Below are positions 39,142-49,390 of a stretch of DNA of 64,000 nucleotides, piece after piece. The stretch comes from a virus: positions 1-64,000 of the IMG/VR virus record IMGVR_UViG_3300009177_000030; one strand, written 5' to 3'. Position 1 is the stretch's first letter, and each line of letters opens with the position of its first letter. A program made the translations under genes and the position numbers. Below the pieces are notes generated by a model. That model had not been told where the DNA came from. It saw only the letters and a list, made by a program, of their open reading frames with translations, and made no database searches.

Positions 39142-39917
39142 TATTCGTATAGTACGCCAGGAATCGCCTGTTGCAGCCGAATCTCAGCCCCCGGTGCCAG
39201 ATTGCCGTTGCTTTGGCGGATGCCGGTGTGGGCGACGACGTGAGGATTTATTACGCCGATGCGACCGCCGCCATAGACTTCGATCTGTCCAGCGCGGATC
39301 TGTTCTTCGGTGGGCTGGCATGGCCCCAGTGGGGCCGTTAACCGCTGACAGAACGTCACATCCTCTCCCTGGCAAACTCCCGGTGTATGGCATTCCAGCG
39401 GGCCGTACTTGCGCCATGTGTCCCAGCGCATCAGCCAAGAGGGGCCGTCGAGCATGGAGTGTTCGGTGAACAGAGGATCAGTGCCGATGGCCTCTTGTAG
39501 GGAATTGTTGATCGGCTGGTGATAGGGATGAACTTGACCACCGAATAACCGATAACCTGAAGGTTCCAGAAACGTTGCTAATTTGGTTAATTTCTCCAGC
39601 CACCCCGGCGAAAACCAGACATCATTATCAGACAACGCCAGCCAATCCCCAGCCCCGAAATACTTCTCACTCCAGTACACCGCCAGATTCCGCGCTTGGC
39701 CGGTGATGCCTTTGGATGACTTGAGCGAAATCAGGGCCATGTTGCGGTGGTCGGCGGCGTAGCGTTCAAGCAAGCGGGTTGTTCTAAAATCCGTGCTGGC
39801 GTCTTCAACGCAGGTCAACGTGAAGGATTTCTTATCGGTGTTTTCGTAGAGCGATCGGAGCGCCTGGTCTGTTAGACGGGGGCGGTCTTTGGCCAAGAGA
39901 CAGATATTTGTTGTCAT
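39141..39917 (-). CDS. Glycosyltransferase family 2
   Basis: EDASTD, ARN, SDND, GWLEKL, GED..F. Confidence 0.88.
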   Translation of the reverse strand: MTTNICLLAKDRPRLTDQALRSLYENTDKKSFTLTCVEDASTDFRTTRLLERYAADHRNMALISLKSSKGITGQARNLAVYWSEKYFGAGDWLALSDNDVWFSPGWLEKLTKLATFLEPSGYRLFGGQVHPYHQPINNSLQEAIGTDPLFTEHSMLDGPSWLMRWDTWRKYGPLECHTPGVCQGEDVTFCQRLTAPLGPCQPTEEQIRAGQIEVYGGGRIGVINPHVVAHTGIRQSNGNLAPGAEIRLQQAIPGVLYE

Positions 39918-40609
39918 AGAGAAATCGGTAAGCAATCCCTGTAGTTTTCGAAAATCCACTTGTGGGGCGCAATATGGTCGCCCTCAAGACTCCCATCATG
40001 GAGCCATTTTGCCTGACCATAAATCGGCGAAACGCTGGAGCCTCCACCCGAGTGACGGCAACTAAATCCAGCCTGCCAAATCTCCTTGTCATCGCTAGCC
40101 GCTTCGCAGGCGATGAAGGCATCCAACATATGGTGATTGCAGTGACCTACAGGCCAGCCGCCGCGATTGCGGAGCCAGTCCACCCGCACAGCCATGCAGA
40201 ATTGTTCTAATACCGCCACGCGTCGATCCCCAGTGAAATGACCGCCATGAACCTGCCAATCGTCTTGGTTGCTGGCGTATCCAAGGCGGATCATGTTTTG
40301 AATTCGGAATGGCTTCCTATAGAGATCTTGCGTTCCGAGTCCAACGGCTCCGCCTGGCCCCGCCGCCACACAGTCAGGATTCTCAAATAGATTCGTTAGG
40401 CGCGAGAGCCACGCGGGGTCGTGAATTTCCAAATCATCATGGCAATATACGATCACATCGCTATCCGAGAATTGCTTCAGCAACCGTTGATATGCCTGGC
40501 ATGGCGTTCGCTTGTTCTTGCGGTTGTCGAGGCCGTAGACCGTTAGCGATGGATCAGGTTGACGGAAGCCGGGGCCGGAGCACTGGACTGTGGTGATGGT
40601 GGTTTTCAT
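39914..40609 (-). CDS. GT-A fold glycosyltransferase
   Basis: YCHDD.EI.D..W, VAVL, H..D, H.GG. Confidence 0.75.
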   Translation of the reverse strand: MKTTITTVQCSGPGFRQPDPSLTVYGLDNRKNKRTPCQAYQRLLKQFSDSDVIVYCHDDLEIHDPAWLSRLTNLFENPDCVAAGPGGAVGLGTQDLYRKPFRIQNMIRLGYASNQDDWQVHGGHFTGDRRVAVLEQFCMAVRVDWLRNRGGWPVGHCNHHMLDAFIACEAASDDKEIWQAGFSCRHSGGGSSVSPIYGQAKWLHDGSLEGDHIAPHKWIFENYRDCLPISL

Positions 40610-40894
40610 GAGAGCCAGTAAGATTGGTGACAGTAACGGCAAAACCGCCACTCCTTCCTCTTGAGTTGGTGGTGGTTCATAACCTTGCACCAGAACCAGT
40701 TCCTCACATCACCCGCCACGTAGAAGGAAAACTATCCCTTAGGACGCTATCCGGATCTTTCCCCGCGAGCCTCTGTGACTCCCGAAAGTATCCTCGGTAG
40801 TACGAAAGAAATGTAGACTGACGGTTATAGCGTACAAACATAATTACGCAAAGAATAAACAGGATTCCGCAACTACCGGCCAAGAGGTAGTCCA

Positions 40895-41242
40895 TCACTG
40901 AACTACCTTAATCCGGGGTTCGCCGTCAACCTCTTCGATCCGCGCAAACACTTCGCTGAAGTCCGGAGGGGTAACGGTCGCAGAAGGGTCAGTTTCTGCG
41001 GGCGATTTCCATTCAACCTGCTCAATGATGCGTTGGTCCATGTCTGCGACTTTGCGCATAAAGGCTTTCGTGCTCGGTATGTCTACAAAGGACCGCTGCT
41101 CCTGTTGGCGCGGATCTTCACCCCACGCGACAGTTAGTCCAACGCATACCGAAATCACCATCCCGTCTTTGTTGCGACTGAGAACGAATTTCTTCTGCGA
41201 TGCGTAATGCCGGATGGTGTGAGTGTTGAAATTATTAGGCAT
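40895..41242 (-). CDS. Hypothetical protein
   Basis: ORF coupled within the operon. Confidence 0.55.
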   Translation of the reverse strand: MPNNFNTHTIRHYASQKKFVLSRNKDGMVISVCVGLTVAWGEDPRQQEQRSFVDIPSTKAFMRKVADMDQRIIEQVEWKSPAETDPSATVTPPDFSEVFARIEEVDGEPRIKVVQ

Positions 41243-42437
41243 GCGTTAAACTCCGAAACCACTTTTCCCAGGGGTGCCGCAACCGGGTCCAGTCCAAATG
41301 CGCAACTCCATCCCGCAATTCCTCCGACCGATACTCCCGATCAGATCGCTTCTTCTCTATCTGTGTGATCGCCGCATTAGCGAATCCGTACCCAGACAGA
41401 ACGGCGCGTTGCACGTTGAAAGGCGTGTCCACTCGCATCGTTACCGGCTTGACCCGGCACTCTTCAGGTACGAGCTCCGGCCCAGCCGCATAATCCGTCA
41501 CCACACACGCTGTTCCACAGGCCAGCGACTCTGCTATTGGGTAACCAAATCCTTCGGAACCACTCGGCAGCATCGTACAGTCACAAGCCGAATATCGGAG
41601 CGCCAGTTCCTCGTCGGTGCATTGCTGCGTGACTTCCAGACAATCGCCGAGACCGTAGTCCGCAGCCAGTGCGAACACGTTCCAAGTTCTGATTTGGATG
41701 TCAGTGTGCAGCCAGAATCGGAATCGATTCCCATAGTGCTTCTTCAGGATCGCGGCCGCTTCAAACGCAACCGGGAAATCCTTCCTCGATTGGTTCGCCA
41801 TGACTGCGCCACAACAAATTATGTTTGGATCCGCTCCAAGTTTCAGCGCCGCTTTCATGTCGGGCGCGAACGTCTGCATATTGATTCCGTGCGGCAGCCA
41901 GGAGGCGTTTGAATTTCCGCTATTCCGTAGCACCTGACATCCCCACTCACTCGCTGCCATCAGGCGGTCATAGCCACGCGAGGCGGCGGTCATTTCAACA
42001 CCGAGAGAGTGGCCGTTGGGGCCATACGAATCCACTGGCGTGTATCCGGCCTTGAGAAACGTTCTGCCTTCGCCGAGGAACTCCGCAAGGTTTCCGTACA
42101 TCGCCGGGTTCGCGAACCATCCGCGCCGGGACATGTCGTCGGTTGTGAGAATGATTCCTGGTTCGCCGTTGGAGAAATCGTTCCACGCGCCTTCGATCTG
42201 GCGCTGGCCCCAGCCTTCGGATTCGTGGAAGTCGTAAATGGAAAAGGGAAACTTGCGGTTGTTTCCGCAGCCGCGGGCTAGGACCGCAACGCGATATTCC
42301 GGTAAAGTGGCCAGGAGCATGGAGAGGTCGCGGGTCACCCGGCTCAAGCCTCCATGCAGGGCGGGGCTGTCGCCCACGACCATGATTGGATTTCCTAAAG
42401 CCTTCACGCGCTCACCGCCTTGCGGGATTGCCACCAC
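41235..42437 (-). CDS. Glycosyltransferase family 4 (GT-B)
   Basis: GL.RV, PHGI, N..RK, EGFG.P..ES.ACG (Ex7E). Confidence 0.92.
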   Translation of the reverse strand: MVAIPQGGERVKALGNPIMVVGDSPALHGGLSRVTRDLSMLLATLPEYRVAVLARGCGNNRKFPFSIYDFHESEGWGQRQIEGAWNDFSNGEPGIILTTDDMSRRGWFANPAMYGNLAEFLGEGRTFLKAGYTPVDSYGPNGHSLGVEMTAASRGYDRLMAASEWGCQVLRNSGNSNASWLPHGINMQTFAPDMKAALKLGADPNIICCGAVMANQSRKDFPVAFEAAAILKKHYGNRFRFWLHTDIQIRTWNVFALAADYGLGDCLEVTQQCTDEELALRYSACDCTMLPSGSEGFGYPIAESLACGTACVVTDYAAGPELVPEECRVKPVTMRVDTPFNVQRAVLSGYGFANAAITQIEKKRSDREYRSEELRDGVAHLDWTRLRHPWEKWFRSLTHA

Positions 42438-42661
42438 TCGTGAAGATGCTGCGTCAGAGACTTCGGTGGCCGTAGGAGTTGTCGTATTTGATCCATTGAA
42501 ATTGGCTTTACGTGGGATAGTGCGAACACTCGAACGGCATCCTCGTAATCGTTAACGCTGACATGGATGCACTCTTCGCTGGTGGCACTGGAGACGAACG
42601 CATTCATCTTTGCCGCTTCGTACTTGCTGACTCTATTGCGGTCGGAAACTATGACAAACAT
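42404..42661 (-). CDS. Hypothetical protein
   Basis: Coupled ORF upstream of GT4. Confidence 0.5.
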   Translation of the reverse strand: MFVIVSDRNRVSKYEAAKMNAFVSSATSEECIHVSVNDYEDAVRVFALSHVKPISMDQIRQLLRPPKSLTQHLHEWWQSRKAVSA

Positions 42662-42894
42662 CAGGCTTCCGCATCTCCACCCAACATCACCGCCGCCTCA
42701 TCCTCCGTCAACACATGCCCCGCACTAGCCGTCCCTCGAATCCCAATAGCAGCGCGAAATCCGCACACGGAGCAGTCAACGACGGAATCCTTGCCGGGTT
42801 CACATTCGTGCATAATCCATGAGGAGTTGTTGCAGGTCGGACACTGGAGACGGGGTAAGCCGCTGGGGGATTCGTGGATCACTTTGTCAGACAT
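42661..42894 (-). CDS. Zinc-ribbon protein
   Basis: CPTC and CSVC. Confidence 0.6.
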   Translation of the reverse strand: MSDKVIHESPSGLPRLQCPTCNNSSWIMHECEPGKDSVVDCSVCGFRAAIGIRGTASAGHVLTEDEAAVMLGGDAEA

Positions 42895-43353
42895 TTATTC
42901 AATTCATCTCCCATAGTTTCACTAACGAGATAAGCGCAACACTGACCACACGTAACCTTCAGTTGATTAGGATCGAAAGCGTGAGTGACCTCAACGCCGT
43001 CTTGCCAGCCCACAAAAGCGCCACATCGCGCGCCGCCATCAACCATCCAGTGAACCGGCTTCATACTCCAGGCCAACCAGCATCGCGCAGCTCTCGCAGC
43101 ACCGGATGATCCGCGCGTAATTTGAACTTCATATTTCCGTACGCCACGGCCTGAACAAACTGATGCTTGACTGGCGGCATCAGACGATCCGCAATTCGCT
43201 GCATCACGCCGCGATTTGCCAGCACCCACGCCCTAACGGCTTTGTGTTCTGGCTTGAGTGGTTTCCGTTTTGCCAAGGAAAATAATAACAGAATCAAAAA
43301 AGTTCTACAACTACTTGTAGTATGTCAATGATTCTAAAGGTATAATTCCAGTC

Positions 43354-43752
43354 ATGACCCGCACCAAACACCGCTTCCCAGGCATCCCGCTCTGGCTGGT
43401 CCTCGGAATAATTCTTCTGACCACGGTAGCCTTTTCTGGCGGCCAGGGAATTACAACGATCACGACCGCCGGCACTCCCGTTCAGCTTTATTCCAGCAAC
43501 CCAGGCACGAAGGCTGTTGGCTGTACGATCACCGCCGCCTCCACGAATACCGGAACGATTTGGGTTGGGTTTAGTTCAGCGGTTTCGGCCGCCAATAAAA
43601 TAGGAACACCCCTTGGTCCTCCTTTGACGGCAGGCCAGCCCGGTGCCAGCTACGCCTGCATGCCTGTAGGAAATACCGCTACGTTCTCTCTCGGGAGCAT
43701 ATTTCTGGATGCCACGGTGTCTGGGGATAAGGCGAGTTTCTCGTGGTTTTAA
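43354..43752 (+). CDS. Signal-peptide/anchor beta-sandwich virion-like protein
   Basis: Hydrophobic N-terminus; I.A...NTG.IWVG...VSA..G..L decoration-like motif; TATAAT 7 nt upstream. Confidence 0.7.
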   Translation: MTRTKHRFPGIPLWLVLGIILLTTVAFSGGQGITTITTAGTPVQLYSSNPGTKAVGCTITAASTNTGTIWVGFSSAVSAANKIGTPLGPPLTAGQPGASYACMPVGNTATFSLGSIFLDATVSGDKASFSWF

Positions 43753-44480
43753 AAATACTGGCAGGCGCGCTGGTTGCCACTGGCCTGTGGGCTCAATTGG
43801 TTACGCCACCGCCGTATGGAACTCCATCCTCCGGTCCAGGCTCAGGCTCAGGGAACTCCACAATCTGCAACGCGAGTGCATCGGCCACGGCACCAACCTG
43901 TCCCGGCGTCCCGGTTCCTGCCTCACTCACTGGACTTACGGGTACATTGGTGATCCAGACGCAGACGAACGGAGCGCCGACAACACTGAATATCGCAGGC
44001 TTGGGGGCAAAGAACATATACATCAATGGTGCGGTGAGCAGCGCATCTAATGTACTGGCGATTGGTTCGTATCAGTTTTATTACGATGGAACGCAGGTTC
44101 AGGTACAAACAGGATTTTCAGGGAAGATATTGTTGGCCTCATTCGGTATCGATGGTGGCGGGTCCGTAATATCCACCGGCGGTCTCGGAGTATTTCCCAT
44201 CGCTGGTTCGGCCTGCACGATAACCAGAGTAGATTCCAGTGGATCACCGTCAGGATCGGCCACAATGGACATCTGGAAAGCGGCTGGAGCAATCCCGACA
44301 GGCTCAGATAAAATCAGTGGGTCCTCTCCTGCTACCCTATCATCCTCTCAACTTGGCCTGAACAGTTCCCTGTCTGGCTGGACCACTTCGGTTTCAATCG
44401 GTGACGTTTGGGGAGCCAGTGTGGCGACCGCTACTACCGTAACTTCTATGAACGTGTTTATTTGGGGGACGTGTCCGTGA
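43743..44480 (+). CDS. Signal-peptide fibre/decoration-like protein
   Basis: MVLKILAGALVATGLWA-Q; NGAPTTLNI.GLGAK fibre motif; SGS...DIWK C-terminal domain. Confidence 0.7.
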   Translation: MVLKILAGALVATGLWAQLVTPPPYGTPSSGPGSGSGNSTICNASASATAPTCPGVPVPASLTGLTGTLVIQTQTNGAPTTLNIAGLGAKNIYINGAVSSASNVLAIGSYQFYYDGTQVQVQTGFSGKILLASFGIDGGGSVISTGGLGVFPIAGSACTITRVDSSGSPSGSATMDIWKAAGAIPTGSDKISGSSPATLSSSQLGLNSSLSGWTTSVSIGDVWGASVATATTVTSMNVFIWGTCP

Positions 44481-46588
44481 AGAAAATTATTCTGGCATTA
44501 TTGCTTTGCACAGCGCCTGCTTTTGCGGCGATTTCCGCCAATACGGTTTGGGAGGTCCGCACTACCGGCTCTGACACCAATAGCGGCGGATTTGTTGCTG
44601 GTGCATCTGGCACGGACATGTCGCAGTTCGATAACAAGAACGCTGCGGCTTGCACGTCATGCCAAAGCTCTACCATAAATATTTCCACTACTGACGCGGT
44701 AACTGCTGGCACCACTACAGTCACGAGTGCAACGGCGAACTTCTCGGCGGCTATCGTTGGAAACCTTGTTTACCTCTCAGGTGGAACCGGAAGTATCGCG
44801 GGCGCTTGGTATCAGGTGGTGACTTTCACGAATGTAACCACAATTGTTTTAGACCGTTCGACTGGTCTTTCGGCGGGTACTGGGGCGACCATAAACATAG
44901 GCGGGGCACTCGCCACATTTGGCCAACTTGCCATAAATATGGTTACGAGCAATCAAGCCTACGTGAAGGCGGGAAGTGGCTACACCAGCACCGCAACGAA
45001 CACTTTCATTGGGACGGTTACGCCGGGCCAGATGAATGCCATCCTGGGTTATGGTACGACCCGGGGAGATGGAGGAATGGTTACATTGACTCTCAGCACC
45101 AACACAGGATTAAAGGGATTGACCTCCACGGGAGATGGTTGGCGAATAGAGAATATAACGGTAGATTGCGCCTCTCTTGGTACGAGCACCGCCATGTCTT
45201 TCACTGGAAGTTATGGGTCTATATTTAATGCCGTAGCTAAAAACTGTACGTCGAATGGAATTATTGCGACGAATAACATCATTGCCCAATCGGAATCATC
45301 TGGACAGTCAGGTGGCACCGGGATAAGCGGAGCATCGGTACTCGACAGTTACGTCCATGATTCTGTTTCTTCCATAAACGGTATAACCATAGGCAATACA
45401 GGGTCCGCTATAAACAACTTGGTCACAAATTTGGCTGGTTCAAATTCGGTAGGTATTCGCCTTGGTGGGTACAGTTCGATCGCGCGTAATAATACGATGT
45501 ACTCGATAGGGGGAAGTTGCATGTTGACATTCATTTCTTTCCCAATACCAGCCTATATCCGCAACAACATCATGGAAAAATGCAGCGCTGCTGCCGGAAG
45601 TGCGTGGGGGATAGCAGCCACGAATGCCATGCCAGCGCAGCCGTTGTTGGATGGAAATTATTATCTTAAATGGTTTGCTCTGTCAAATAGACATAACATT
45701 GATGACGTTTCTGGAGTCAATGCGGCGGGTCCGTATACCAACACTCTCGACAGGATCGGCTCCGCTGAACCCTTTAATAATTCATCTGGAGGGGTGTTTT
45801 CCTTAAATAACGCGGTCGGCGGTGGGCATGAAATACGTGGCTATTCCGTCCCTTCAAAACAGCAGGGTGTATCTGGATTTCAGGGATATGCTGATATGGG
45901 GGCTACTCAGCATTGGTCCAACCCGCTATCGTCAGCGGGGGCTGCTGTACATGTAGCGCCATTTGTAAGCAGCACAGCGCCTCCTCCCCCCATAACCTAC
46001 GCCGCTGAGGGAGATTCAATAACGTCTGGATCGGGTACTATGACTCTTGTTTTGACATACCCCGCCGACGCGTTGGATGGGAATATTGCCAGTGGGCTTG
46101 GTGCGACGGCCATCACCAGTTACATGAATTACACTAATACCGGAACGGCGGGGAAGAAATGTAGTGAGTTGACGGCCCGTTATTCTTCCACGGTGGCTCC
46201 GCTGTATAACGCCTCAAGCTCCAAAAATGTAGCCAGCATCATGTGTGGGTCCAATGCTGAGTCTGGTGGCTTGGCATCATCAGCCTACACGCAAATTCAG
46301 GCATGGGTGTCTGCGGCTAAGGCAACGGGATTTACGGTGTTGGTTGGATTAGTCCCCAACGCAACTGGGTCGGACGCCTATGATGCGACATTGAACGGCC
46401 TTATCATTGCCGGGGCTGGCGCTGGCGGCTATACGGTTTTTGGGTCTTCCGGCACATCTCCCATGTATTGCAATGGGTGCGCTGCCAACACTACGTATTT
46501 TCAGGATGGACTACATCCAACTCCACTGGGAGCTACGTACATTGCAGCTTACGAAACGCTAGCCTTTGCTGCAATTGGAATCAATTAA
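44477..46588 (+). CDS. Signal-peptide beta-helix protein with C-terminal SGNH hydrolase domain
   Basis: GTG 44477 KKIILALLLCTAPAFA; GDSIT, GSN, DGLHP SGNH blocks. Confidence 0.8.
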   Translation: MKKIILALLLCTAPAFAAISANTVWEVRTTGSDTNSGGFVAGASGTDMSQFDNKNAAACTSCQSSTINISTTDAVTAGTTTVTSATANFSAAIVGNLVYLSGGTGSIAGAWYQVVTFTNVTTIVLDRSTGLSAGTGATINIGGALATFGQLAINMVTSNQAYVKAGSGYTSTATNTFIGTVTPGQMNAILGYGTTRGDGGMVTLTLSTNTGLKGLTSTGDGWRIENITVDCASLGTSTAMSFTGSYGSIFNAVAKNCTSNGIIATNNIIAQSESSGQSGGTGISGASVLDSYVHDSVSSINGITIGNTGSAINNLVTNLAGSNSVGIRLGGYSSIARNNTMYSIGGSCMLTFISFPIPAYIRNNIMEKCSAAAGSAWGIAATNAMPAQPLLDGNYYLKWFALSNRHNIDDVSGVNAAGPYTNTLDRIGSAEPFNNSSGGVFSLNNAVGGGHEIRGYSVPSKQQGVSGFQGYADMGATQHWSNPLSSAGAAVHVAPFVSSTAPPPPITYAAEGDSITSGSGTMTLVLTYPADALDGNIASGLGATAITSYMNYTNTGTAGKKCSELTARYSSTVAPLYNASSSKNVASIMCGSNAESGGLASSAYTQIQAWVSAAKATGFTVLVGLVPNATGSDAYDATLNGLIIAGAGAGGYTVFGSSGTSPMYCNGCAANTTYFQDGLHPTPLGATYIAAYETLAFAAIGIN

Positions 46589-46678
46589 AGGTCAAAAGAA
46601 ATGAAAACCGCAATCATGCTGTGCCGTCTCGCCTGCTGGTGTGTGGCTGCTGCTGTATTTGAGTTCAGGAGACCGTAA

Positions 46679-47029
46679 ATGCCCGATCTCGTAGGCGGAC
46701 TTGGCGACAAACTGACAGCGATCTCCGACAAGTTGGTGGCGGCGATACCGGGAATCGAGAAGCCAATACTGGATGAGTTGCACGCCGATATTGCATCGCT
46801 CGTTCAAGCTGAAAAGGACGGCATTACCCAGATCGGCGAAACCGAAAAGCAGGTCATCGACTACGCTCTGCAAAAGGCCGCGGTGCTCCTGAATTCACAG
46901 CGGGCCGCTCTGCTCAACGATATTGATCGGCGCTTCGTGGCGCTCGGTGCGATTCTTGAGGCACTCGGCCAAGCGATGCAGAAGAATGGCACAGTGACAT
47001 CCAATGACCCGCTACCGCCGCAATCCTGA
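46679..47029 (+). CDS. Helical hypothetical protein
   Basis: AGGAG RBS. Confidence 0.6.
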   Translation: MPDLVGGLGDKLTAISDKLVAAIPGIEKPILDELHADIASLVQAEKDGITQIGETEKQVIDYALQKAAVLLNSQRAALLNDIDRRFVALGAILEALGQAMQKNGTVTSNDPLPPQS

Positions 47030-47139
47030 CTCGACTGCCCTGATGGTCATCGTGGCGCTCGGGCTGTTCGCTATCGGGATGGCGGTTGTGATCCGCTGAA
47101 AGTATGATATTCTGAAATTCGCAAGGGTACGAGCCACTG

Positions 47140-47189
47140 AAGCCGTCTGCCGATCTGGACCATCGGAACAACAGACGGTTTCTTTTTTT
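47140..47189 (+). terminator. Terminator-like hairpin
   Basis: AAGCCGTCTG...CAGACGGTTT then T7. Confidence 0.55.
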
Positions 47190-47695
47190 GATACAATGAT
47201 ATTGGCTCAGTATGTGGCGTCCACCACAAACCGAATTCCCATCCACATACCTTAGCCGTGCTCTGCCCTTCGATTCTCCCAGTATGGGAGCGGTTTGGCT
47301 CCACAGGTAAAGCCTATGTGTCCCCGAAAAAACAACCCCTGTTCAAAGACTACGGAAATAAGCGCCGATAACGAAGAGAGTCAGCGAAACCCAAGCAACG
47401 GAGCGGTAGTCGATCCGCTATTCACGCCTACGTCTTGGTCCATCCGCATCCTCGATTACTAAGCTCGTCGAACTTCGTTAAGAGTCTGATTGTCGAAAGG
47501 GAAGAAAAGGGAAAACAACTGCAAACCCTATAGGAATGCGGAGGGAAGGCGTGTTGTCTTTAAGGATTCTCAACGCATCCCCTTCGGATACCGCAGCCCC
47601 TCCAGCCAGTGCTTGAACAGGTTCCAGTACAACCATAGAGCGAATTTCATAATCAACTCATCGGCTGAAAATGATATTCTTTTAGAGAGGAAACC

Positions 47696-48214
47696 ATGAA
47701 ACTCGCACTTCTCGCCGCATTTCTCGCCCTGCCACTGGCCGCACAGCCCGCATTCCCTGATCTGGCTATCGGCGGTGGACTTCAATACTCGCAGCAGTCG
47801 CAACCGCAATCTCAGGGGCTGGCGTTCGTTGCCAAGCTCGCCGATAAGACGCACGGCATCTACAACTACAACCTCCTGCGAATCACGGCGGTGACCTTCG
47901 ACAAGAAGACGCACGCGATCGGAGTCCAAAAGCAGGCGGAAACGGGGGTGGCGATCTACATCAATTCGTTCAACCTCGGGCCGTCCCTGGGTACGTGGGA
48001 TTGCTTCACCGCGGTCACTGGTGGCGCTGCTTTGGTCGGCGGCAGTGTTGGGGCCTCCGCAAGCGGCACGCCATTCTGTGCGCGTCCTCTGGGCAAAGGC
48101 TGGTATCTGGATGTGTTCGGTGGGGTGTCGTATTCTGCGCTGGCGAATGGCGGCGGATCGGCGGGTGTCTCGTACCCGGCTGGACTGGCGTTTCATTGGG
48201 GAGGAAAGCTGTAA
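47696..48214 (+). CDS. Secreted small beta-barrel-like protein
   Basis: GAGGA RBS, MKLALLAAFLALPLAA-Q signal, alternating strands, aromatic C-terminal strand. Confidence 0.65.
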   Translation: MKLALLAAFLALPLAAQPAFPDLAIGGGLQYSQQSQPQSQGLAFVAKLADKTHGIYNYNLLRITAVTFDKKTHAIGVQKQAETGVAIYINSFNLGPSLGTWDCFTAVTGGAALVGGSVGASASGTPFCARPLGKGWYLDVFGGVSYSALANGGGSAGVSYPAGLAFHWGGKL

Positions 48215-48553
48215 TGGATAATCCACGCGGCCTAGCAGATTTTCAGGTACGTGACATTCTCTACGCGGATCGGTGCCCAGTTTGTGAAACCGGAAACCTT
48301 GATACGGGATGGGAATGCAACTCATGCAATGTGGACTGTAAGCCACTGGTAGACCGACTGTCACCGTTGGCCCCATCTCCGACAGCGCACTATCCACATC
48401 CAGGCTATCGCGATCACATCATGTAGCGGCATCCTGAACAAGTTTGGCGGCGATATAGCCGCACACGACGCGGGGCGAAGGCAATCTGTGACAGGGTGCG
48501 CCGGGAAATAGGCGAGTCAACGTGGTTAGAGTGGCAGTCACCCCATTTAATAT

Positions 48554-48584
48554 CGGGTCTGCGGGAAACCGTAGGCCCGTTTTT
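48554..48584 (+). terminator. Rho-independent terminator
   Basis: CGGGTCTGCGG-GAAA-CCGTAGGCCCG-TTTTT. Confidence 0.8.
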
Positions 48585-48646
48585 ACGTTATGATGGGATT
48601 CAGGCGGCTTCGGGATGAAGTGATCCGATGACCGAACCTTGAGGTA

Positions 48647-48916
48647 GTGAAAATGGTACGAGCGAAGTTTGTAGTTGAAAGTTACGAAACCCGCAAAAGC
48701 AATACCCGCGACCCTGAATCCGAAGAACTCCGAACACTGAAACTGGTTGCGGTTTCTGATGGCAGCGAAGAAAACAAGAAGTTCTTCCGCTGGACCCCAA
48801 ACGGCACCATCAGTATCGGTGTGCTGAACCCTGAAGCATGGAAGCAATTGGAACTCGGCAAGAGTTACTACGTTGACTTCACGGAAGTGATTGACACTTC
48901 GGTGCCCAATGGATAG
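48647..48916 (+). CDS. Conserved hypothetical phage protein
   Basis: VRAKF...EEN..F...TP.G.I....NP.A....ELGK.YYVDF pattern. Confidence 0.75.
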   Translation: MKMVRAKFVVESYETRKSNTRDPESEELRTLKLVAVSDGSEENKKFFRWTPNGTISIGVLNPEAWKQLELGKSYYVDFTEVIDTSVPNG

Positions 48917-49120
48917 CCCGGTAATTCACGGAGATCCATTCACACCGGAACGTCTGAAGGAGTTAATGGCCCAGGTTCGCGACTTCGGCAAAGAATCTAA
49001 TATCACTCCGCACGCGAGATTTATTGACCATGCGAAAGAGTCTGGATTTAGCGATTCGCAAGCGGAATTTCTCTGGGGTCTGCATCTGATGCCACCGATT
49101 CGGCTTTTCTGATTCACTTG

Positions 49121-49152
49121 AGCCGGGAATCCTTAACGGGGTTTCCGGCTTT
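49121..49152 (+). terminator. Terminator-like hairpin
   Basis: AGCCGGGAATCC...GGGTTTCCGGCT-TT. Confidence 0.6.
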
Positions 49153-49180
49153 CGTGCTTTTACGGTAGAATAATCACATT

Positions 49181-49390
49181 ATGAAGTCTCTCAGCCAAGA
49201 CGCCACCCGCATGTGCTTCGGCTTTCTCCTGCTGACAATTCTGGTAGGCCTGGCGATTGCCATCGCTCTCGGACACGTTGAGGAGCGCACCAGCTACGGC
49301 CTGATGCCCCTGTTGATGGGAGTCTCGAATCTGGCGACTCAGTTTGCATCGTGGGCATTCAGCAAGCCGAAATCGAAGGATGAAGAATGA
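49181..49390 (+). CDS. Holin-like two-TM protein
   Basis: Two TM segments and a charged C-terminus. Confidence 0.55.
   Translation: MKSLSQDATRMCFGFLLLTILVGLAIAIALGHVEERTSYGLMPLLMGVSNLATQFASWAFSKPKSKDEE

Noticed and set aside
47190-47690. Replication origin or ncRNA in the long intergenic gap
   Set aside because: No iterons or convincing extended structure found by eye; left unassigned.
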